Source: Ignicoccus pacificus DSM 13166
GTDB lineage: Archaea > Thermoproteota > Thermoprotei_A > Sulfolobales > Ignicoccaceae
Direction: 5' to 3'
Assembly (NCBI GenBank): GCA_025340205.1
Contig: CP006868.1
Location: 480,001 to 512,000, forward strand
Length of the DNA: 32,000 nucleotides
Of the stretch, positions 1 through 6,697 are shown one piece after another. How positions within the stretch are numbered: position 1 is the first letter of the stretch; every line of letters begins with the position of its first letter. Position numbers and translations under genes: made by a program. Below the pieces are notes generated by a model that was given only the letters and a program-made list of their open reading frames with translations, did not search any database and had not been told where the DNA came from.

Positions 1-453
1 TAGGTCGAGCACTAGGACGTTGAACTCTTTGACGTCCTCATTCGAGTGCCTCTTGTTGTAGGAGACCCAAGCTCTGAGCCTCTCATTGAGCTCGAAGTCA
101 TTATCTTTCAGCTCCTCGAGCTTCACTATCCCAAGTGCCACGTAGGTCTCAGCGTTACCCAAGGCCTCAAGGAAGTCTCTATCCTCCAAGAGCTTTAGCA
201 GATCACCCTTCCGCTCGAAGGCTAACGTTAGCGAGCCCCTCTCCTCCTTCTGCCAAATGATAACAGGCTTGTCCTCGTTCCCCGTTATCAGCCTCAAGTG
301 TTCAACGATCTCGCTGGTCCTAACCTTGGGTTCTTCCCTAGTAGCCCGCTCGAGGGCTTCCTTGAGCCCCTTTGTCCAAACGTTAACTTTTTCAGGACCA
401 TTGGACCCTTCGTTATCGGGTAGCTGCGAGGGGGAGGTGACTACGGCCGTCAT
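1..453 (-). CDS. Hypothetical protein, partial (C-terminus lies beyond the window start)
   Basis: ATG at 453-451 overlaps the TGA of the upstream ORF (ATGA). The frame stays open down to position 1 (151 codons, MTAVVTSPSQLPDNEG...LKDNDFELNERLRAWV...). It is absent from the ORF track because no stop lies in the window. Confidence 0.45.
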   Translation of the reverse strand, partial: MTAVVTSPSQLPDNEGSNGPEKVNVWTKGLKEALERATREEPKVRTSEIVEHLRLITGNEDKPVIIWQKEERGSLTLAFERKGDLLKLLEDRDFLEALGNAETYVALGIVKLEELKDNDFELNERLRAWVSYNKRHSNEDVKEFNVLVLDL

Positions 454-656
454 TGGTCCACCACCTCCTCTCCCTCCTTCAAGCTTCCGCACATCGCCTC
501 GTACAACAGGAGAGCCCTCGTCACGACCTCGTTGTCCGCATGGCCGTGGAAGACGTAACCTTCGCACATCTCCCTCGCCATCTCCTCTGCTTCCTTCCTG
601 AGCTCGGAACCAAGGTCCTTGAGGACTTCCTCGATACGTTGCTCGATCTCCTTCAT
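450..656 (-). CDS. Hypothetical small protein (68 aa)
   Basis: K/E-rich helical composition. ATGA overlaps at both ends link it to neighbouring ORFs. The plus-strand ORFs across it are S/L/P-rich and look like antisense artefacts. Confidence 0.45.
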   Translation of the reverse strand: MKEIEQRIEEVLKDLGSELRKEAEEMAREMCEGYVFHGHADNEVVTRALLLYEAMCGSLKEGEEVVDQ

Positions 657-979
657 TGCTTACACCTCCTCACAGCTCTCTTTAAGGCCTCCTTGGTGAG
701 CGGAGTTTGAGGAAGCTCCTCGCCTTTGCAGATCCTTTCTACGAGCCTCTCGATCTCTAGCTCGTTCACCACCACTTCGGGCTCATAGCCCAAGCGCTTC
801 AACTCCTTGTCGACGAGCCTCTCGAGAGTCTCCCTGAGGCTTTGGTCGTAAACCGTTGCGAGGAAGCAGAGCTTAGCGTGGAGCCCCTCGCTCGCTGGCA
901 GAGTCTTAGGCTTTCCATTTATTACCTGGTACTTTGCCACAGTGGTGGCCGCGAGGTCGCGGAGCGCGGCTTTTCTCAC
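653..979 (-). CDS. Hypothetical protein (108 aa)
   Basis: GTG start overlaps the upstream stop (GTGA at 976-979), and its stop overlaps the downstream ATG. No motif recognised. Confidence 0.5.
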   Translation of the reverse strand: MRKAALRDLAATTVAKYQVINGKPKTLPASEGLHAKLCFLATVYDQSLRETLERLVDKELKRLGYEPEVVVNELEIERLVERICKGEELPQTPLTKEALKRAVRRCKQ

Positions 980-1440
980 TGCGCCTCACCCCCAACCCTC
1001 TTGATTATCTCTTCTGCCTCCTTCAGCATCTTACACTTACTGAGCTTCTCGAGTAGGGCCTTGAGCTCGTCCTCGTGCTTCCTCATTATCTCCAGCAAGG
1101 CCTTAGTTATCGCCACGTTCGGTAGTCTGTGCTCTTTCCTCAGCTCGATTACCGCCTCTGCGAAGTCTCTCGCCACCTTGAGCTTGGTGAATTCCTTCTC
1201 TTCAAAAAAGCTCGAGAACTTCTCGCAGCTTTCTTGTTTTCCGGTCTTCACAGTTCCACCCGTATCTACCTGGGGTACCAGTGGTTGCTCATGGTGAGTC
1301 GAATCTTGCATCTCATTTCCCCTCACCCAACGTAGGGTACCTAGTCCGTTGCGCACGCTCCCTCCCGTATCCCCCAAGGGTACCAACCGCTCTGCCATGG
1401 TTACTCCCTCACCCTTACCGAGGGTACCATTGCTCACCAC
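976..1440 (-). CDS. Hypothetical protein (154 aa) with an internal LVPxxDTGGxVxxG peptide repeat
   Basis: GTG at 1440 overlaps the upstream ORF by 7 nt; an alternative ATG lies at 1398. The N-terminal ~75 codons coincide with the GGGTACC-core DNA repeats. The C-terminal half is K/E-rich and helical. Confidence 0.4.
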   Translation of the reverse strand: MVSNGTLGKGEGVTMAERLVPLGDTGGSVRNGLGTLRWVRGNEMQDSTHHEQPLVPQVDTGGTVKTGKQESCEKFSSFFEEKEFTKLKVARDFAEAVIELRKEHRLPNVAITKALLEIMRKHEDELKALLEKLSKCKMLKEAEEIIKRVGGEAQ

Positions 1441-1759
1441 TTCATCCTCGCCAAGCGACTATCCCACTTGTACACTTCTTTCGCCCTCAGCTTCTTGCAG
1501 AATCTGATGTCCTCGATGGTCTTCCTGAACTCCTCCTCGTGCCTCTTCAGGACGTAGTAAGCGGCCATAGTTACTGTGTGGTTCGTCGTGTTCAGCTCCT
1601 TCCTTAGCCTCAGCACCAGCAAGGCGAACCAGCTTGAAACGGTGAGCCTCGACTTGATTTCGAGCAAGTGGTCCTCCTCTTCGATGTCCTTGCACCTAGG
1701 GTGCTTCTGCCACTCGTACTCCTCCACAAGCATCCCCGCCCAGAGCTGGGGTACCAGTG
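1270..1759. repeat. Cluster of five GGGTACC-core repeats, including an exact 14-nt direct repeat CTGGGGTACCAGTG (1270-1283 and 1746-1759)
   Basis: GGTACC occurs at 1274, 1336, 1379, 1423 and 1750. Copies 1 and 3 share the extended form CCCGTATC-N4/5-GGGTACCA. Confidence 0.6.
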
Positions 1760-1787
1760 CGCTAGCGGTGAAACGGAGTAGTCGCAT
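1434..1787 (-). CDS. Hypothetical protein (117 aa), first gene of the overlapped operon
   Basis: ATG at 1787-1785 and protein-like composition. No motif recognised. Confidence 0.5.
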   Translation of the reverse strand: MRLLRFTASALVPQLWAGMLVEEYEWQKHPRCKDIEEEDHLLEIKSRLTVSSWFALLVLRLRKELNTTNHTVTMAAYYVLKRHEEEFRKTIEDIRFCKKLRAKEVYKWDSRLARMKW

Positions 1788-1930
1788 TTTGATGGCGAGT
1801 ACTGGGACGAAAGGTCTGCCTAGCAGAGAAATTGGTTAGACCTTCGAAGGAAGCGGGCATAACGGTGAAACGGAAAGCTTCAGCTGGGAGCTCGCTTGAG
1901 TAAGAGGAGGAAAAGGAACTCGAGGGGGAC

Positions 1931-1987
1931 TAGGACGCCGGCCTGCCACGCCGGAGATCCCGGGTTCAAATCCCGGCCGCCGCACCA
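1931..1987 (+). tRNA. Truncated tRNA-Gly(GCC): 3' portion only (att-like fragment), not a functional gene
   Basis: Sequence is TAGGAC-G-CCGGC/CTGCCAC/GCCGG-AGATC-CCGGG/TTCAAAT/CCCGG-CCGCCGC-A-CCA. The anticodon arm, T arm, 3' acceptor strand and CCA are all intact. The complementary 5' acceptor strand GCGGCGG and the D-arm 5' half are absent from the upstream 140 nt. Confidence 0.75.
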
Positions 1988-1993
1988 TTCTTC

Positions 1994-2464
1994 CTAATTA
2001 TCCCGAGATCCTCCGTCGTGACAACCAAGCATCGCTAAGAGGTCATTACCCTCACTAAGCACATAGAAAGAACGGATCTTGGCACGCTTAGCATTAATTG
2101 CTTGAACTTTGTCACTAGTTACCAACACAGCATCCATAACCTTCGCCACTCCCAAGTAGTATGAATCTGCACCCCTCGAACCAGTGCTCAACGCTAGCTC
2201 TACAGCATCTTCGTAAAATATATCGTCGGGGACTGTTATAACCGATTCCTTTAATATAGAAATTACTGAAGCCACTCTTTCTGGTGGTATAAACCTAACC
2301 AAGACCCCAGCAACTTCTACAAGGAGAAGCCTAGGAGCGAGCAACTTAATTCCTTTCTTTTGAAAGCATTCGAATAAGGCTTCGGTCACTCTAACCCTTT
2401 CCTTGTTTCTTCCCGCAAACAAGTCGATAACTACTGACGCGTCGAGAACTACCTTATCGATCAC
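1994..2464 (-). CDS. vapC: PIN-domain ribonuclease toxin (VapC family)
   Basis: N-terminal VVLDASVVID, and later acidic positions (LLLVEVAG, GADSYYL, LVTSDKV) spaced as in PIN domains. 4-nt overlap with the upstream antitoxin gene. Confidence 0.85.
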   Translation of the reverse strand: MIDKVVLDASVVIDLFAGRNKERVRVTEALFECFQKKGIKLLAPRLLLVEVAGVLVRFIPPERVASVISILKESVITVPDDIFYEDAVELALSTGSRGADSYYLGVAKVMDAVLVTSDKVQAINAKRAKIRSFYVLSEGNDLLAMLGCHDGGSRDN

Positions 2465-2664
2465 GTCTCGAACCTCTTCCTCTCTTCACTCAGAATTTCG
2501 GAGGGTTCGCGATCTGATCGAACGAGTGCGCGCACACGTCTTGCCACTTCTACGAGATCCTCTTGTACAAGTAACGTCACTACCTCACCATCTCTTAAAT
2601 CAATGTCTTCAAGGGGTACTAGTCTTCCCCCTTTAACTACAGCTTTGATTAGCCTCTTCCTCAT
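2461..2664 (-). CDS. vapB: VapB-type antitoxin, AF2212/DUF104-like (67 aa)
   Basis: N-terminal IKAVVKGGRLVPLEDIDLRDGEVVTLLV matches the small beta-domain antitoxins paired with archaeal PIN toxins. Overlaps vapC. Confidence 0.7.
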   Translation of the reverse strand: MRKRLIKAVVKGGRLVPLEDIDLRDGEVVTLLVQEDLVEVARRVRALVRSDREPSEILSEERKRFET

Positions 2665-2740
2665 GGTTTCTCAGCAATACTTCCTATGTTCGTCGAATTT
2701 TAAACCAACTAGAAGTCCCAAGATGATGACCTTCCAAGTA

Positions 2741-2772
2741 GGCGATCCCGATTCAAAATCCCGGCTACACCA
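2741..2772 (+). repeat. Degenerate tRNA 3'-end-like remnant (T-arm/acceptor/CCA-like)
   Basis: GGCGATCCCGATTCAAAATCCCGGCTACACCA aligns with GGAGATCCCGGGTTCAAATCCCGGCCGCCGCACCA of the 1931-1987 fragment. It shares GATCCCG, TTCAAA, TCCCGGC and ACCA, but the stems no longer pair. Confidence 0.35.
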
Positions 2773-3504
2773 ATTGCCTTCTCTTAACTCCTTCCACGAT
2801 CCTCACTTAGAGACACACCATGTTTCACTAACTGGACATTCGAGAACAGGAAGCTATAGAGGTTCTCCTTTCAAACACACCTTGAGTCGCACGGAACATA
2901 TCAGCGAAGTGCAACTGAAGTTAATAAACAAACGTGATGCTTGGGCCTAAGTGGAGCTAATCCGTTCGGCCTCTCGAACGTTTTACGCGAAAGAACTTCT
3001 CGAAGGTACTTAGGATAAGATCGAAGAGCGTTGTAAATACTGCCTTGGAATCAAGAGAGGAAGGACGAGTGCTTTATGAATCTTCACGAGCAATGAAACG
3101 TTTGAGATTTTGACGAGGTTACCCTTTAGCTTCTCTAGACATTACGTGAGTAAGAAAGTCCAAGGTGCCGGAAACACTAGAACCCTCGAAACTTCGCAAG
3201 TCAGGATTGCTAGTAAGCAACTTCGAAAGCACGTTAATCTTGGAAGCGAGAAGAGCTAAAGTAGTGATAGCTAAGGATTATGGAATAAGCATAGAAGACG
3301 TTGAGGCAGTATTATTATTGAGTATCTAAAGTCGAGGAGGAAGTGCTTGAAGCTATTGCTAGGTGAAAAGACAAAGATTTGATTGAAGTTTAAGCGTCTT
3401 GAATTACTGACATTCTTAAAACAAAGGTAGTATAAGAATTGTAATTGTTTTCTCAGAGACGTATCTTATCGTAGCTGTGCGTCTCGGAAACATTTAATAT
3501 TTTC

Positions 3505-3522
3505 TATAAAGGAACCTTTATA
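3505..3522. promoter_or_regulatory. Perfect palindrome TATAAAGG-AA-CCTTTATA overlapping the TATA region of the 3547 gene
   Basis: 8-bp inverted repeat with a 2-nt spacer, 25-42 nt upstream of the GTG at 3547. Confidence 0.45.
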
Positions 3523-3546
3523 ACAAAAAGAGAAAATGTAGAATAT

Positions 3547-4719
3547 GTGGTGAAAACACCAATGGCACTATCTGAAAAGTTAAACGGCCTATTCACATTA
3601 GTGATGTTAATAGCTATAGTAATAACCTTAGCAATGACAACAGTTGTACATTATTTAGATATCGAGTCCTCTATTGCCACAAATCTAGTGTTAATCGTTA
3701 TAGCTGTCGCAGTGTTGAGCGGTCTAGGCGCTATCATTACAGATCTCTTTGCAATAAAAATGCCTTCAATTGAAGTCGGAAACCTAGAGACCGCGACTTT
3801 TCATACAAGTTCATCAGAAGATAGAAGCGAAAAAGAAGCTATTCTCACTAGTAAGAGATCGGAGTACGAAAGTTTTCGTTCAAGCACTCAAAAGAGTGAG
3901 AACAGGAAAGAGGAGAGCAAGCGTGAGACTGTTCTTCAAGTAACCTCATTAGAAGAACTAATGGTCCTACTAAAGCATCTCAAGGAAATCCATAGAGATG
4001 CGGATAGGACTGATGCGATAATATCTCCGTGGATATTCGCATGGCCCTTCATGTTCCTCGGATTTGCTCTTCTGATAGCTCTTTTGACAGCTGCCTCGGC
4101 AAGCGTCTCTCCTTATCCAAGCGAAGTCGGTGCTATCGGCTTCGCCAGTATCGTAATTTTCATAGGTGCAGCTCTCGTAGTTGCCGTGGGTATCGCCGTA
4201 TATCTTCCCTATAAGCTCATTAAGAGAAGGAACGAACACTTCGGAAGGACGCTTAAGTTCTATCGTACCCTCTTAGATCTACTAAAACACATGAAGGTAG
4301 ATAGTGGCATTGTAAATAGAATCGAGGTCACAGTTATCGACATGGAACAAGAGAGTCAACCAAGGAATCCCTTCCTTTGGATACTTCTAGAATATTTATT
4401 CGCACCAGTAACCTTTTACGTCTACCACTTCCTCAACAAGGATTTCTATAAACACGAACAGAGGGAAATAGAGATTTATAGGAACTTAAGAATAGCGTTG
4501 AGCGAAGTAGGCATATCAATACCTCAGATGAACCCAACCATACCGAGCAGAAGTACGATACTTTATATCATAGCTACCTTGCTCACCGGTGGAGTCTTCG
4601 GTCTCTATTGGCTCTATACCTTGATAAAGGATCCAAATGAACATTTTAAACAACACAGATACGTGGAGTCTGAGCTCATTGCTGCAATAGAACGAGCGCT
4701 AAGAAGTGCTAAGACATAG
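3547..4719 (+). CDS. Polytopic membrane protein with a Ser/Glu/Lys-rich linker and repeated TM-hairpin + LIKxxNEHF modules (DUF4234-like, tentative)
   Basis: Two N-terminal TM helices, then an acidic/Ser-rich ~80-aa linker, then further TM segments. The motif YKLIKRRNEHF is repeated as YTLIKDPNEHF, with a weaker copy FLNKDFYKHEQ. GVFGLYWLY resembles DUF4234. G+C is low. Confidence 0.7.
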   Translation: MVKTPMALSEKLNGLFTLVMLIAIVITLAMTTVVHYLDIESSIATNLVLIVIAVAVLSGLGAIITDLFAIKMPSIEVGNLETATFHTSSSEDRSEKEAILTSKRSEYESFRSSTQKSENRKEESKRETVLQVTSLEELMVLLKHLKEIHRDADRTDAIISPWIFAWPFMFLGFALLIALLTAASASVSPYPSEVGAIGFASIVIFIGAALVVAVGIAVYLPYKLIKRRNEHFGRTLKFYRTLLDLLKHMKVDSGIVNRIEVTVIDMEQESQPRNPFLWILLEYLFAPVTFYVYHFLNKDFYKHEQREIEIYRNLRIALSEVGISIPQMNPTIPSRSTILYIIATLLTGGVFGLYWLYTLIKDPNEHFKQHRYVESELIAAIERALRSAKT

Positions 4720-4755
4720 CTTTTCTATAAAGTATAATTACATTTTATTAAAATA

Positions 4756-5532
4756 TTAAAAAGAAGGTTTAATTAGATTCAAAGCGTCCTTCCATACTTT
4801 GTCACACTCTACTTTTCTACTCAAGAACTCCGAAAGGTTCACACCCTTTTCCTCCAGAGCTCTGCCTATGAACTTCTTCGGTATAGCAGTTGAGTCTATC
4901 GGTTCTTGATCGCTATAATGCTTGCCTCTAAAGAGTAAAGCGGCAGCGCTATCCGCAACGCTTACGAAGCCAGCTAGAACGAATGCTTCTCTCTTGAGTC
5001 TCGAAGCTATGAGCGTTTCAGCTAAATCTAGTACCTTGTTCTTGACCTCATTTGCCATAACTTCCTTTCCTTCGGTCTCTTTCAAACTCGGAAAGAGCTC
5101 GGCTAGTCTCGAGGAAGCAATTCCCTTAATCTTAAATACTCCTATATTCCGTGCTTCCATATCGAAAGCGTCTCTCATAGCATGATGATGCATAGCTACA
5201 GCGTAAATCGTCGGTCCTAGGAGGTCTTCTGGAATGCCTAGGGAGAGTAAGTCGTCCTTCAACCACTTGTAGGTCATGTAGGCTGAAAGAGCTTCGTGGA
5301 ACGGAAAGGTACTCTTTCCTCCTCTATCTCTCCTTATTCCTACTTTCCCTATGTCATGCAGGATTGCAACTAGATAGGCTGCCTTCTCGATTCCCTTTAC
5401 CTTTCTTGAAAGGGCTCTTAACTCCTTTTCGAACAACTCGTTCATCATAAGAACTATAAGGGCACTGTGACAGTAGAGGGGTTCCTCAACGCTTCTTGAT
5501 CTATCGTAGAAGGAGAGAGGTTCTTTACACAA
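4756..5532 (-). CDS. Stand-alone HD-domain nuclease of the Cas3''/Cas3-HD type
   Basis: The ordered motifs are LYCHSAL, ILHDIGK, FPFHEALS, AMHHHAM and VSVADSAAA. These follow the five-motif H / HDxGK / H / HH / ADxxxS pattern of Cas3 HD domains. No helicase, Cascade, cas1/2 genes or CRISPR array is in the window. Confidence 0.65.
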   Translation of the reverse strand: MCKEPLSFYDRSRSVEEPLYCHSALIVLMMNELFEKELRALSRKVKGIEKAAYLVAILHDIGKVGIRRDRGGKSTFPFHEALSAYMTYKWLKDDLLSLGIPEDLLGPTIYAVAMHHHAMRDAFDMEARNIGVFKIKGIASSRLAELFPSLKETEGKEVMANEVKNKVLDLAETLIASRLKREAFVLAGFVSVADSAAALLFRGKHYSDQEPIDSTAIPKKFIGRALEEKGVNLSEFLSRKVECDKVWKDALNLIKPSF

Positions 5533-5667
5533 ACCCTATCCCCCTTGTATAAGAATGAGGTGCGTGAATCTCGAAACCCAAAAGATCATGTTGTTCTTCC
5601 TTTACATGACACGTAAAGAGTATTCGCTGTATTGTATGTCAGTGTTAAAATGTCTTTGTAAGCACTA

Positions 5668-5686
5668 CTTTATGATTATCATAAAG
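5668..5686. promoter_or_regulatory. Perfect 19-bp palindrome CTTTATGAT-T-ATCATAAAG in the divergent HD / DUF1152 intergenic region
   Basis: 9-bp inverted repeat centred about 21 nt upstream of the TTG start at 5698. It overlaps the only TATA-like sequence for that gene. Confidence 0.45.
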
Positions 5687-5697
5687 CTTCTCTATAC

Positions 5698-6636
5698 TTG
5701 GTGCTTCCTCTAGTGATCATAGGTGGTATAGGAGGAGGCGGAGACATAGGGTTAGCATTAGTCCTCAAGGATTATCTCAACCTCATTCCAGCTTCAGTTC
5801 TCAGCTTCCTTAACTGCCCCTCCAAGAAGCTACCAGTTCCAGGAAAGAAAGCTTACAAAGGTCTTTGGATTCCCTCAGTCGAACATCCTAGGCTCTTCGA
5901 GGCAAAACTGAATGTGATGGAGCCAAACCTCAGTGTCTTTGCCATATGTACTCGCGAACATTGGAACGTTGTGAAGAGAGGATTGGATTACTTCATGAAG
6001 TTATTCGATCCTAAGATAACGCTCCACACTGACTTGGGAGGGGATGCGATAGTTCTCGGGTATGAAAGTAACTTCGGTAGTTACAAAACTGATGCATTGG
6101 GAAGAGCTGCTCTCCATTACTTAAGTACGGAGTACGGCGTTAGAGTTTATCTAGCTGTAGGAAACGTTGGAGCAGAAGCTTGGAAGCTTCACGAGCTCGT
6201 CGCTATATTGAAGTACTTAAAAGAGGAGGGTGTCTTCGTTGGCTCAATACTTCCATCAAAAGAATCTCTTGTTAAGGCAAAGCTCCTTGCCTCCCTCGGC
6301 TGCTCGGGAATGCTTCCGCTGTACCTCAACGCCGTTGAGGGAAAGAAAGTGGTAGAGGAGAGGCTCTGCTACTTGAAGCCTCCGATAAAGATCAAACCGT
6401 GGTACAAGTACTCCCTAATCTTCGATCTTAAGGAACTCTGCGAGCTCTCTCCCCTTTGCATGAAGGCCAGAAGGGAGTGGATAGGAGGTCTAAAAGGATG
6501 GAAATCTCTAGAACCTCCAGCGAAATTGAAAGAGCTTTTGAAATATTACGAGGATATGGGAGAAACTGATATAGAAAATGAAATCTTAAAAATAATTGAG
6601 AGTGAGGCACTAAGTACTTCAATATTTGAGGATTGA
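5698..6636 (+). CDS. DUF1152-like protein of unknown function
   Basis: N-terminal IIGGIGGGGDIG and a second HTDLGGDAIV motif, as I remember for the archaeal DUF1152 family. The assignment is from memory and is not verified. Confidence 0.55.
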   Translation: MVLPLVIIGGIGGGGDIGLALVLKDYLNLIPASVLSFLNCPSKKLPVPGKKAYKGLWIPSVEHPRLFEAKLNVMEPNLSVFAICTREHWNVVKRGLDYFMKLFDPKITLHTDLGGDAIVLGYESNFGSYKTDALGRAALHYLSTEYGVRVYLAVGNVGAEAWKLHELVAILKYLKEEGVFVGSILPSKESLVKAKLLASLGCSGMLPLYLNAVEGKKVVEERLCYLKPPIKIKPWYKYSLIFDLKELCELSPLCMKARREWIGGLKGWKSLEPPAKLKELLKYYEDMGETDIENEILKIIESEALSTSIFED

Positions 6637-6697
6637 GGTACTTCTCCGCATGTATGACATATATCCCTCCTTTTCGTGTGGGCGCTAAGGGATCAGC

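Larger units (their letters stand above)
1..1987. mobile_element. Putative end of an integrated virus/plasmid-like element: an ORFan operon terminating at a tRNA-Gly 3'-fragment att-like site. It continues beyond the window start.
   Basis: Five overlapped minus-strand ORFs with no family motif I recognise. A truncated tRNA-Gly copy sits at 1931-1987. No integrase is visible inside the window. Confidence 0.4.

Noticed and set aside
1788-1987. A complete tRNA-Gly gene, possibly with an intron
   Set aside because: The 5' acceptor strand GCGGCGG and the D-stem 5' half are absent from the 140 nt upstream. Only the 3' ~57 nt are tRNA-like.
2603-2950. 115-aa plus-strand ORF
   Set aside because: It overlaps vapB in antisense and runs through the tRNA-like remnant. 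It is S/L/T/H-rich, with no plausible start context.
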